DNA of 64,000 nt. Origin: Epithemia pelagica (Eukaryota > Protista > Bacillariophyta). The position numbers were made by a program, and so were the translations under genes. The stretch is from NCBI GenBank assembly GCA_946965045.2, contig OX337232.1, positions 1,178,001 through 1,242,000 on the forward strand, in the 5' to 3' direction. Of the stretch, positions 44,414 to 56,181 are shown one piece after another. Numbering within the stretch: position 1 is the first letter of the stretch; each line of letters starts with the position of its first letter. The notes beneath the pieces were generated by a model. It saw only the letters and a program-made list of their open reading frames with translations. It was not told where the DNA came from and made no database searches.

Positions 44414-44610
44414 AGCGGAAAGCAAGATTCGAGAAAATTACCTCCTTCCTTCCCACCACGTCCTCCATTTTCATGACGTTCTGCTTCTATTGTTATGCTC
44501 CAATAGTATCTCTCGAGGTTTCGCTCCGGAAATGTTGGATGAGGTATTAGTTTCTCGGGGAACCACTCGATTCCATTGGTCGATCGTCCAGAAGGTCAAG
44601 TTCAGCTCAC

Positions 44611-44973
44611 TCTCGAACGCTTATAGAAGTTCGAGTACAAAGAATTTGCGCTTGCTTTGTCGACAACTATGTGAATAAATGACTTCCTTCGTCGACACTT
44701 ATAACGTAAAGGACGCTAGAAGATCGCATTATTGCCATACTATACCTTTAGTCCTTCATAGCGTTCTGAATCTAATTGTGATCGACTTCTCGAAAGCTTA
44801 TAGAAGTTTGAGTACAAAGAATTTGCGCTTGCTTTGTCGACAACTATGAATAACATGACTTCCTTCGTCGACAACTATGACGTTAAGGACGCTAGAAGAT
44901 CGCATTATTTCCATACTACTCCTACACCTTTAGTCCTTCATAGCGTTTTGAATCTAATTGTGATCGACTTCTC
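44611..44973. repeat. Diverged tandem duplication of about 177-185 bp in the shared 3' region of the two DUF6824 genes
   Basis: TCTCGAA.GCTTATAGAAG...GATCGACTTCTC occurs from 44611 and again from 44788. Confidence 0.85.
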
Positions 44974-45336
44974 CGTTTCGAATGCAGCTCCCCATTTACG
45001 AAAGCTGAGAAAACGAGGCTCCAACAAACCCTTTGACTGAGCTCTCGTAAGGATTCATCAAATGCTAGAGATAAGTGTGCAAGACAAGGGAGCGTAAACA
45101 AGGAATGAGCTCCTTCGTCATGGGAAAATTAATTTAGTCATCTGACTAGTTGAACCATTCGCGACATGGTCCCGATATCAGGTGCTCTGAATCTTCCGCG
45201 CAAAAGGTTTCAAACAACCGTCAGTTGCCAAATAATATAAACTTAACACAAAAGCATCATCCCACATCCATCCTTCCTATTATTGGCATGACACCGAAGA
45301 GCCCAAAATTAATTAAATGCATCAAAACCGACACTA

Positions 45337-46476
45337 TCACCCGTGTGATTTGTACTGAATAGGTTCCAATCCATCTTGAAAATCAGCATCAAATTGATCC
45401 ATACTAAAATCCAAATCGTTCAGAAAACTCCAACCAGAACTTCGTTTACTGGAACTCTTCGACGTGGAAAACGAGCTGGTTGGATCTGCGACGGCCGAAG
45501 CAAAAGACGGCCGTCTGGCAAACTTGTCAATGATCATACTGGAAGACAAGGTTTGGCGCCGTACCGTTCGTTCATTGCTACCATCACTTTGTGCGTCATC
45601 GTCGTCTTCATCATCAATGCCCACACCTGTCACATCGACCACATCGGCCAAATCATCGTCTTCGGAAGCCGATTCGGTTATGGGTTGAATTTGATCCGTT
45701 GTTGCGGATGGCATCTGAGATCTTTGTTGCTGCGACCTGGATCGAACCAAACCAAAGGAAGTCTGTTGCAACAAGAGCTGTGGTTGCCACCGCTTCGACT
45801 GTTCCTGTTGGGGAGGTGGACCCATGGCATTATTTTTGGTCAAATGATTGCTATTTTCAATCGGAATTGGTGTAACCGAGGCAGTAGTTGGCGGTGGTGA
45901 AGAAGACGGTACTTTGTGCTGTTGTAGCGCAGCATGTTTTTGCTCCTGTCGATGAATGGTAGAGACTTGATCACGCAAAGAATGCCCCACTTTTTCGCGA
46001 GCTTGCTGGTCCCCAATGTCATACCAATTGCCTCTTAGGTCTTCCTTCAGAAAGTTCCCACCCATGTTGCGAATATCATCCACAATTGAAACTACCACAG
46101 TCGTCTTGTCGTTCTTGGACGGTGCCTTCATATATCTTTCTACGCTTGATTGAATGTAGCGGCGAAAGCGAACATTTCCAACATGATTCCAATGCCTTTT
46201 ACCCCTTCCACAACAAACATCGAATTCTCCTGGCTTGTATCCCGGAGGAAGCGATTTCCTCTTCCGATATGTGACCGTTCGAGGCATTTTGGATGGGAGA
46301 TTCCGGAGGGTTGTTGGGATGTGGTCCAGCCTCGTCATATCTGTCGAATCCCCAATTTCGTTGTGATCAAATGAGATATCCATTTTCACTCTGCTTCTTT
46401 CTGTTTTTAATAACCAGTCAACTTTTGTTTTCCCGTTGTCCTCTTCTTGCAACTTTGATTGCGGAGAGAGCTTCAT
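45337..46476 (-). CDS. DUF6824-domain protein, convergent paralog
   Basis: DVCCGRGK...HVGNVRFRRYI...GGNFLK...WYDIGDQQAREKVGHSLRDQ. Confidence 0.85.
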   Translation of the reverse strand: MKLSPQSKLQEEDNGKTKVDWLLKTERSRVKMDISFDHNEIGDSTDMTRLDHIPTTLRNLPSKMPRTVTYRKRKSLPPGYKPGEFDVCCGRGKRHWNHVGNVRFRRYIQSSVERYMKAPSKNDKTTVVVSIVDDIRNMGGNFLKEDLRGNWYDIGDQQAREKVGHSLRDQVSTIHRQEQKHAALQQHKVPSSSPPPTTASVTPIPIENSNHLTKNNAMGPPPQQEQSKRWQPQLLLQQTSFGLVRSRSQQQRSQMPSATTDQIQPITESASEDDDLADVVDVTGVGIDDEDDDDAQSDGSNERTVRRQTLSSSMIIDKFARRPSFASAVADPTSSFSTSKSSSKRSSGWSFLNDLDFSMDQFDADFQDGLEPIQYKSHG

Positions 46477-46892
46477 GCAGAGATCATCGTCTTCTGCTGC
46501 AGTGTCTCTGAGAGCAAAACTCTGCGGAGGGCAGGCTCGTTGTCAAGTCGCGTGACGTCCAGCTCGGCAGAGTTGTTTGTAGTGGGGTGGAACTGGGTAT
46601 GGACAGTTCCGAATCCTGTTTGTGGGGTTCATTCTGCTTTATTCGCGGCATCAATATCATGTGAAATTGAAGCTTCCCCCCCTACCCAGCATACAGAAAC
46701 GGCAAAAGCGACCGCTTCTGTATGAAGCATCTTCCCTTTTTGGTGCGTGGTCGTGGTGGGGCGATTCGCACGCGCTTTGGTTGCATTTCCCGCTGCCGAC
46801 GGGCTTGCTCTTTGAACAAGATCGCATCAGCGGCGTGAAAAAGATTCTTTGAAGGACGAGGGACGAGGTCAAAGTTACAGTTGCTGGTCACC

Positions 46893-47753
46893 ATGATTCT
46901 GTCATCTTTCCAGATTGCGTTTCTAGTCTCTGGATTGGTTCTCGCAAATGGCTTTGTCACCAACGTCAAACCAACAAACAGATTTGCGGGTAAGGCTGTA
47001 AGGCTACCTTCGTCGTCTTCGGAAACCGGAGGAGCACCAACCCTTGATGATTTGGACACGGCGAAGAACAACCTTGTCAGTGCTTGCGGCCGGTCGCCGA
47101 AACCAGCGGCGTCGGAGATTCAGGGTTTGGTCCAAAGCCTTGAAACAACAGCTGAACAACTTTCTGTGGGACAAGCGTCTTCCATTTCAGGATTGTTGAA
47201 CGGAGAATGGGAACTGTTGTATTCACCCGAAGATGAAACACGGTCCTCTCCCTTTTTCTGGGCCTTTCGAAAAGCGTTTCCAGACTCTGCTGACCAAATA
47301 TTCGGAATTACGGACGCCATTCCTGCTCCCGTCAAAGAAATTGGTCCTGCCTTTCAACAAATTGATCTGAATTCCAACTCGCAATCTGGTCGATTCGTGT
47401 CACGCGTCAAAGTTGCAACCCTGGGTGGAGTTGCCACATCCATTATGACCACTCGAGCTTCCATTGTGGGAATCGAAGGTTTGGATGGAATCCGCCTCAA
47501 AATTGAAACTACCAAGCCTGAGGATAGCACCATTGTGAAAAAGTTCCTTGGTCCCCTTGGAGATGTCGTGAGCGAGAATACACCACCCTTCCCCAGTGGA
47601 GAGGCATTGGAACGTGTCGCACCTGGATCCTCGGAAGTCCTTCTCAAAACCACTTTTTGCGATGAGGGTTTGAGGATCACGCGTGATGGAGATAGACTCG
47701 ATGATATTTACGTTTGGAGAAGACGTGAATTCGCAAACTTTGATTTCTTGTAA
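46893..47753 (+). CDS. Plastid fibrillin / PAP (plastoglobule) protein
   Basis: Signal peptide then NG-F; LNGEWELLYS, TTFCDEGLRITR, IYVW. Confidence 0.8.
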   Translation: MILSSFQIAFLVSGLVLANGFVTNVKPTNRFAGKAVRLPSSSSETGGAPTLDDLDTAKNNLVSACGRSPKPAASEIQGLVQSLETTAEQLSVGQASSISGLLNGEWELLYSPEDETRSSPFFWAFRKAFPDSADQIFGITDAIPAPVKEIGPAFQQIDLNSNSQSGRFVSRVKVATLGGVATSIMTTRASIVGIEGLDGIRLKIETTKPEDSTIVKKFLGPLGDVVSENTPPFPSGEALERVAPGSSEVLLKTTFCDEGLRITRDGDRLDDIYVWRRREFANFDFL

Positions 47754-48202
47754 GTAAGACTCTCCATCTCCCTTTCAATTTCTAGAGTATCGTACCTTCT
47801 TTCCACGTGCGTGACAAATAACTTTATTTACTTTCATTGTTTCACACTGGGAGTGTTGTCCCTCATTTCATGGTGAGCCGATCAGCAAAAACTGTTGCTA
47901 GGGCTAGATGGGCCACTGAATCGTTCGACAAGATAGAGGCGTCCCCATCACCGATCCTTATCAGAAACGCTTCGGTAGGCTGGAAATGAATTAACACTAC
48001 CGGCACATCATGAAGATCCATCAATGAGAAATGCCTTCCCCTAACAGTCGAGGAGAAAGGTAACACAGGATGGAGAGATTCGATGGGAAGAAAATAATGA
48101 GACTGAGGAGCGACTAATGCGCGCCTGATGAAAGGATCTCTTTCGCCAGATGCGTCAATGATGCCAACCGCTGACCAGAAAGATCTGACAGTGACAGGCA
48201 CC

Positions 48203-49208
48203 ATGAAGAGCAAGAGTGCGACGTTTCTCTCGTTATTGCTTCCAATCGGATGTCTCTCTCTAGCTTTTCCATCGCTTCATTCAACGTCGTCTTCGCTCAG
48301 TCGACGAACGGCGCTATTTGCGTCCCCTTCTTTTCCACGTGTCAACTCTGCGAGCGATGTTGACAAAACCACTGACCGACGGCAGTTTGTCTTCACATCG
48401 ATGGTCAATTTGGCTCTTGTGTCTGCGGTAGGTGTTCAAAAGTCATGGGGAGAATCTTCTGGCCAGGAAGTAGCTCCTGTTACCTCTGCACCTGGAAACA
48501 GTGTTGAAATGAAAACGTTTGTCGACCCCTACGGAATGTTTGACATTGAAGTGCCTCAGGATTTCTACACACTTCGACGAACTGCAAAAGGTGACCTTCC
48601 TGATGCCAAGGGTAAAGGAAGGAGAGGTTCAAGTATATTTACTGCTGGAAATATGGCGAAGGCCGAAGTCGTTGCTGTTGAAAGGTGAGCCCTCGTCAGA
48701 TGTTCCATGGTGTTTCTTTGCTTTCGGAAAATGGTCTTGTCTCACAAGTGCATCTTTCAAAACCGGTTCACTGTGCAGATTTCCTACCAATCGCCTATTG
48801 GAAGAAAATGGTATCGAGGCAACCGGAAGTTTGTCAACTTTCCCGGAAATTGGTGAGCCTTCAGTCGTTGCCGGTCTGATTAACCAACGAAGAGAAAAGG
48901 ACAAGCCAGCAGCTGGTAATACGGTTTTGGATCCATCTTCAGTTTCACTTTCAGCTGATGGTAAAGAACTCACGTTCAAGCTTACGACGGAAATCGATGT
49001 CCAACGCCCAGAACTGCTCATGGAACAGTATGGAGTCGATCGTCTATTTCGTATCACCCTGGCTAAAGCTTCCTTGAATGCTCAGGATGGCAATCTTATG
49101 GCTGTGTTTACGAGTGCATTGGAGTCGGACTTTAAAACCCAAGATGGCGAAGCATTGCAACGAGTTGTCGATAGCTTTCGAGTCATGGATCGCGAGTTTG
49201 GCTTCTAG
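48203..49208 (+). CDS. PsbP-domain thylakoid-lumen protein (intron 48685-48778)
   Basis: Signal peptide, LA-F motif, twin-Arg DRRQFV, then KTFVDP..FDIEVP ... VVDSFRV. Confidence 0.75.
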
Positions 49209-49910
49209 CGATCTTTTAGGAATCTGTGTTCCTTTCCAACTTGAACCGGAGTTCGCCAGATCTAATCCACACTGGACGCCTCGACATTGTTTAGAGGCTG
49301 GTACATACAGATAAGAATCGATAGGGTGTCATTCTGGCAAAGCGCAGAGCTTTAACTATAGCTCATATATTCCAACTTTTGCTTCTACGTGGCTTTTTAT
49401 CTTGCGGGAACCAAAAGAATATGGTACCATATCACCATGTCCGCGGAAAACGCACGACGACTGCAAGGGACGTTGGAGGGTTGGAAAGGTAAGGATATCA
49501 CAAAGGATCAAGACTGTTGATTGGGATCTAGAACTTGCTGTCAACGACATTCAAAAACAAACTTACATGAATTGGCTCTCGTACAAACCAGACAGTATCA
49601 CTATAGTGTCAAGCACATGGGTACTATCTGGTTCACTTTCACGACATCTGTATCGTAGATCGCGAATGTTTCCATTTTGGATGGAACAACGACGACAACA
49701 ACTATTCATACTCCTCTACTCCTTTTAGCCTATGCGTACATTTACTGTTGCCATAGAAAGGAGGAAAGGTTAGCCAAGTTAGCTCAGTCGTGGGGACGAC
49801 CGGCGCGCACATCATATCCTCTTTCTGAAATTTTCTTGTGAGGAGCGTTTTGGAATTTGGAATGAGGCAAACAAAAGAACGAAAAAAGTCTGCTTACTAG
49901 ACAATGTTGA

Positions 49911-51092
49911 ATGGAAGTGAACAACAACAACACCATCTTTGAGACCATCGATCTGCGACACATGCCGAACGACGTTCTTCCCCAAGGGCCGGACTCGCTG
50001 CGCATATCTAACCATCAGTCCCAACATGACGAGGAATATGATCATGATGAGCCCGAGCTCGCCTATTTTGCGGACGAATCCAGCGCCAATGATTGGCCCA
50101 GACTGGTGAAACGAAGCATTTGGAAATCGAGAAGCTCGAGTGTGGACCCCAACAGCCGTCGACATTTGACTGACCATCGCGAAAGCGAACATGCAGATAA
50201 CGATTCTGGGGACGAGTCTGGAGATGACACCGACACGTGCGAACTGAGTATACAAGAACACATTATTCGTCGCCTAGTCAATGACAAACGCATCACGCCC
50301 AGTAATCACCATGCGAGAAGCTTTAGCTCAATGGGGACAGATAGTGACTGCAGCGTAGAACAAACCTCTCTAACTGAAATGAGACCACGAGGTGTCCCTT
50401 CGGATACGGAAATGAGAATAACCAAAGAAGAAGAAATGAATGGACCAGATACTCCGGTACAGGATCGAGCAATCCGAGAAGCAGGGGCTGACAGCAAAAG
50501 CCCTGGCTCTGTTTATTCGGTCGACCGATCTGAGAATTCTGATGGGATGTCGTTTTGTTCTTTGTCCGAGCAATGGAGTCGACGAAAAGAGACGAGGTTT
50601 CCAGACAGAAAAAGGCGCAATCTATGGAGCAACTCTAACGTTTCTTCCTCGTATTCGGCGGAATCAGATGTTTCCTCTTTTGCAAATGAGATGGATTCTT
50701 TGGCCGTGAACGATACGAGTCAAGATAGAATCGTCGACGAAGTTGACTCTGTGAATCTCGTTTCGTTCATGGAGATGGCGTCAATGGACCGAGGCTCCTC
50801 GTCGATTGGGCCTATCTGTGAAGAAGAAGCTCGGTCCGCTTTTGGAGCATGGAAGACAAATGAAAGACGTGCTGTCCCCAGCAACATCCACACATGGAGG
50901 GAGAGTTCCTCTTGGAATTTTAACGTGCATCCGCATGAAGTCTACAGCCACGAATCAATGCCCTCTGTAACCCAATCGGACGCCGCAAAATGCACTGCTT
51001 GGGAGCAATTCTTTATTGTTCTCCTTTCTCTGTCGTTACTGCTATTCATTGTACTACTTTCGCTCATTCTGGCAAAAAGGAACGAGATCTAA
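49911..51092 (+). CDS. Unknown acidic, Ser-rich tail-anchored membrane protein
   Basis: 393-codon ORF with a single C-terminal hydrophobic helix FFIVLLSLSLLLFIVLLSLILA followed by KRNEI. Confidence 0.65.
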   Translation: MEVNNNNTIFETIDLRHMPNDVLPQGPDSLRISNHQSQHDEEYDHDEPELAYFADESSANDWPRLVKRSIWKSRSSSVDPNSRRHLTDHRESEHADNDSGDESGDDTDTCELSIQEHIIRRLVNDKRITPSNHHARSFSSMGTDSDCSVEQTSLTEMRPRGVPSDTEMRITKEEEMNGPDTPVQDRAIREAGADSKSPGSVYSVDRSENSDGMSFCSLSEQWSRRKETRFPDRKRRNLWSNSNVSSSYSAESDVSSFANEMDSLAVNDTSQDRIVDEVDSVNLVSFMEMASMDRGSSSIGPICEEEARSAFGAWKTNERRAVPSNIHTWRESSSWNFNVHPHEVYSHESMPSVTQSDAAKCTAWEQFFIVLLSLSLLLFIVLLSLILAKRNEI

Positions 51093-51563
51093 CCAGACGC
51101 AGCAGCAATGACCGAGAGGCAGCACCAGTCGTGACTATGTGGAAGGGATGATTTCACCGATACGACAAACGAAGCTATCGACTTGAATGACGAAAAGGGA
51201 CATATCCCGTGAAGATTGGCTCATCTCACTGCTTCATTTGTCAAATGGCAAACTGATCACATGTGGGCGGGATCAGTGCACTAATTCAGGACTCCCTCCG
51301 GCTAGTAGGGACTGCTTTGGCCCGGTCCTATGATTGTAGTTACTATCAATGAAATACTTCCCCTTGCCTAAACAGAACACTCTTCAACATCAAATCGTTC
51401 GAGGAATGTCATCGCCGGACAGTCACTGATGTTGACTTGTCCAGAATCGATCCCAGGAATCCCAGGTGACGAGGTGATGACGCCTAATCAAGGCATTCAT
51501 ACAAGGAGGCTGTCTCTATTATGCGTCGGTCCCTGCCAGTCCCAGAATTCGAGACTGATGAAA

Positions 51564-51568
<5 letters not shown>

Positions 51569-51600
<32 letters not shown>
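51569..51600. repeat. (GA)16 microsatellite
   Basis: Perfect dinucleotide run. Confidence 0.95.
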
Positions 51601-51603
<3 letters not shown>

Positions 51604-54058
51604 ACCAACATCAACCAACAGCCCCATTCGTCAATTTCCCGCCCTCTGAAGGAACGGAACCCAAATGATCGAAGAGTTGTCGGTTGTCGTAGAAACGACC
51701 GCTGCCACCTGCCACTATTGCTTCTACTGCTCACTTTTGCTCTTCGCACAGATCATACTGCTACTGCTCACTGCTCGTGCTGCCGCCCTCCTTTGCAGGA
51801 ACTACCTCTAGAACCCTGTTGTGATCAAAAGTGCTGCGAATGCAAAAGAAGAAGAAAGTAAGTACAATATGAAGAGCAGAGAGCACAAGGCACATACAAA
51901 AGTAGGGCTTGTACGGCTTATCTTGCCAACTGAAATCTTTGATGGCCGAACAGCTCCCCCCACTCCCACGCTCCAACGCTCCCCCGCTTGCCCCCAAGAT
52001 CATTTAACAAGCGGGGAGACGGAGTTTTATACCTTACAGTCCCAACAATTATCCGCCATTGCCCATTCTCATCATGAGAAAGTTCCGTAATCCTTCGAAT
52101 TACCAATGCAACCCAGCGCCTTTTCACCTACCAATCCAAGATGGTAGTCCAATTCGCCTGGAGCAACGCACTCATTGATACGAGTACGATAAAAATATGA
52201 AATTCCAAGCGGATCAACATCATAATATAATAAAAAATATTATGAATGAAACAATATATAGTCGCAAAGGAGTAAGAGATATTTCCGTATGGGCTCGTAA
52301 TACGGACCTTGTCATTGGTTTCGCCTCAAAACTGCATAGGGACTCTTCCAACAAGTCGGCAAGTGGGAAGGGCCGAATGACTTCTACACTATTACAGAAG
52401 CAGTGTACAGAAAAATTATCAATTCTAAATCAACAAAGGCATGCCGAGTCTAATGTACAAAGATGTGTAATAGAATACTATGAAATTGAAGGCACGGAAT
52501 CGTGCCACAATCTATTATCTTGGTTGGGACAGTATGGAATCGTGGTGAAGCAATGAATCGCGTCGGGACTTATTTTTAATTTAACAATATTTTTTTTGTG
52601 TTAATCGAATTCCATGTGGTTTTGATTATGGAGTGTGACTGGAGCGATTATCAGTGTCCACTGCTTAGCTGTTTTTTGTCTGTGCCACCTTCATAGGTTC
52701 CCAAGTGGACACAGACAGAAAATTTCACTTTTCGTCTGTCCTTTTCACCAATATGGTTCCTCGTGCTGGTGGAAATGCCGGCGTGCAAGTGACAGTTGGC
52801 GGCTAGCATCTTCCTGTGACCGTGACCACGATTCAAATTTGGAATCCTTTCACACGACTTTCGTCTCGTCACAAAAATCTCACGCGGTGTCAAAAACATC
52901 GACATTGACCATGAAACGAGCTCTTTCCGAATCCTTGCGACCTGAAGCAGTATTTTGGTTTTTCTCTCTTGTTGCTTGTTGTTTGTCTCTTAGCTTCTTT
53001 CATGTCCTGCATAGTTTTCTCACACGTTATCTCATTAATCTTTGTCCCTGTTAATGTTGATGCTTGGTGCTCCTTTGATTTTGTCGCAATGAAATGGAGG
53101 ACAAGTCATTGTAGGCCGTTTGCCACAACTTCTCCTTGCTTTAATCGTAGTGCTGTTTGATTGTTGGTTGGTTGTGTTCTTATTTTTGTAGCATGTTTTT
53201 TTACTCTCATCATTGTGCTTCGCCCATCTCCATGTCGACCACAGATCAAGAACCTTTCGTTGTGTGTCGGATACTCAAGTACCTAGACCTAGAGATGACG
53301 ACAAACTGAGGCAGCTTGTTGCCACTAGGCCTACTCAAACTAGTCTTCATAGATTACAGAGTCGATCAGATATGCTTCAAGATGGCCTCAAACCTACACC
53401 AGAGTGTCATGGTTGTTGAAAGCACGGCAATAACACGCACAATCTTACAAAATCTATGAAAGATTAGAACTAAACTTCTGATAGAAACTTCTAAAATACT
53501 CCTACAAAGAAATGAAGCTCTATGTGGTCTCCAATTTTAAGCCGAGGCTCGAATGGAGAGTTGGCATTCCATAGGCACAAACATTCACTCTCAGTGAAGT
53601 GGACAGAGAGAGAGACAGTTGTCGAATGTCGAATATCAGAAGAGAAAAACGAATACAAGTGTGAGGGAGAAGTTAGAATGACAGTACAAGAACTGTTGTT
53701 GTCATGGAAACATTTTTGTACGTTCAAACTTACCTCAATTGCATGAAAGGTGACAATTCATGCCATGCCATTGTGGGTGATGGCCTCTGTATGATTTTAT
53801 GGGGGATTTGGATGGCGCATTCTGCAAAGACCAACCAACCGTCATCCATGCAGGGCCGCTTGCTGGGCATGCGTCTAATTCATGAACTGCGAAAACTCCA
53901 GCTGCAACTTCCGGTAATGGACTCAAAACATAGGTAATCCTTCTACTACTCAGAGTATCGTCACCATATAACATTTTTAATTTTCACACAGTAATACCTC
54001 TTATATGATCATACTAGGTACAGATTATTTTAATATGAGGAAAACATCCAGAGTCACG

Positions 54059-54369
54059 GATGTCGGAGGATTTGGTAGATGTCGGATGATGTCGGATGAT
54101 GTCGGAGGATGTCGGATGATGTCGGATGATGTCGGATGTTTTTATCGCCAAAAGAATATGTACTCTCCAGCAAATGGGATTCTTCACGAGAAATCACAAG
54201 GTTTCAAGTCACTGATTGACGGTAGGCCCATCAACTGAAGGAGCACCGCTGGATTTTGAGGCAAACCATGTTTGCGCGCGAGCCCGAAACGACATCAAAC
54301 GACATCAAACGACATCAAACAACATCAAACGACATACAAACGACATACCAACGACATACCTTTCGACAT
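54059..54369. repeat. Two oppositely oriented 10-bp-period arrays sharing the core GATGTCG
   Basis: (GATGTCGGAT)x6 at 54078-54137 and (AAACGACATC)-like x7 at 54287-54369. Confidence 0.9.
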
Positions 54370-54540
54370 TCCCGTTTGTTCCATACTAGAGAATGGTAAA
54401 TCATATTCTACGGTATCATAATACGTACTTTGTATTAATATCGATCCTTTGTTTTGGTTTCGTCCGTTGGGTATTGGGAGAGAATATGCGACTCACGTGT
54501 AGTTACCGGAAGTTGCTGTGTATGCGTGCCAATTCCAATT

Positions 54541-55702
54541 CCCTCCGACTAGATGTCCGCTTCTTAGCTCGTCTGTTCGGGCAAGACATACCCAATCTCA
54601 CAGACAAAAAAATGAATGGAAATTTCACATCCATCGGTGGAAAGGCTGGCGTGATGTGACAGTTGGAAGATGGCAGGCGTTCTGCTCAACAAGACTCAAA
54701 ATAGTGTTCTCAGTGAGTTAACGGGTCACAAAATCGATGCAGGCAACAAAACGAGGCAATGACCAAACCAACACCAAAAACGGCATGCTTCGTCCCTGGC
54801 CATCTCATCTCATCTTTGTCACTGCACATCCATCATGGTAAGTTCTGGAATGGCTAATACTTGCATTGGAATGGACAATGTTTAGTTGTAGGCTCTCACT
54901 ACGTTGCCAGTTGCCATAGTGTGTCATTTGTTTGTGCCATGTAACATCCATTTTGGTCGATGCCATGTGGGGCTGCTGGCATCATTTGTAGGATTCTTAT
55001 AGGACAAAATAGAGCTATAGACCTCAATTAGGAGTAGGTAGGATAAGTGGAGGAAGCCATCCATTTTTCCTCTGCTGTCGCTCAGTTTGGGTCTTTAGTG
55101 GATTGTGATGTCGACCTGCTCCTGTTGTTCTTTTTTTGTTGCCATGAGCATGACTTGTCTTTCCCAGCAGTGCAGGGGACTCTACACTCTATATGCTCCA
55201 TAACGCAACTAGAAAGAGACGTATTCTAAAATAGGACTGTATGTGGTTGCAAAGAGACAAGCCTACGGCAACGGCACGGTGTTGTGGAGGAGGGTCCACT
55301 TTTAAACGGACACAAACACTAGAAACAACCACACTTCTCCTAGAAAAAACAAAGAAAGGATGGGGTAGAGCAAAACACTATCTATGGTCTATATGTCAAA
55401 TGTCCATGGTGTGCAGATGATGGAGAATGCATTGTGATGGTGCATGTCCATTATCCATGTCAAAAGGTGCGTAGTGAAAATAATGTGGGTTGCAACTTGG
55501 GACGACAATCAAGAATGGGGAAGACCAACGGTCAAAGTGCGCACGCCTGCTCACAAAATTTCAAAACGGTGATCCAGAAGGCCGGCGTGATCATTTTCAT
55601 TTTGACCCGAAATTTTCTTCAAAAACGCAAAAAAACCAAAATTAAAATGGTTGGTCGCGGAGAGCGGCTGGGGGGCTAAGAAGCGGACACCTAGTCGGAG
55701 GG
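54541..55702 (+). mobile_element. Non-autonomous TIR element (MITE-like), copy 1, 1162 bp
   Basis: 28-bp TIR CCCTCCGACTAG(A/G)TGTCCGCTTCTTAGC at both ends; near-identical inverted copy at 61852-63023. Confidence 0.88.
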
Positions 55703-56181
55703 TTAGTCATTTCCATTTGCGTCAAATAGGAAATTTTCTGTCTGTGTCCACTTGGCACTTGGCAACCTATGAAGGTGGCACAGACAAAAAACAGCTAAGC
55801 AGTGGACACTTATACCGAGGGTTCCACGAGTAGATATTATTTATAGGTGTATGCCCTCATCTGTAGAGCAGAAGGTTCGCATTCCCCGAAGGTTATTGGT
55901 TCCAGGAGTTGCCGTTTCTCGGTGCTCGTAGTCTTTGTACTTTGTACCAGTACGAGTACAACTATGAGTACTCCCAGTATTTAATTTAAGGAACGCTCCC
56001 AACACAGTACAAAGAATGCACAACCTGACCAATGATCACGCCCACGAGCGTCTCTCGATCGCAAGTTGTCGGTCAGCCCTTTGGTAACGTCTCACGCACA
56101 TAACATTGACATGGAAACAATCCTCGAGACCAAACGATCATATTTTATAAAATCAAGCAATTTCAATCAAGGGACGACACC

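Larger units (their letters stand above)
52651..55812. mobile_element. Non-autonomous TIR DNA transposon with TA target duplication (Tc1/mariner-like), carrying a nested element
   Basis: ~75-bp TIRs T(C/A)AGTGTCCACTGCTTAGCTGTTTTTTGTCTGTGCCACCTTCATAGGTT...AGAAAATTTC at about 52651-52725 and 55730-55812; TA at 52649-52650 and 55813-55814; no transposase ORF seen. Confidence 0.75.

Noticed and set aside
51205-51335. WD40-like fragment EDWLISLLHLSNGKLITCGRD
   Set aside because: Too short, with no start or flanking repeats.
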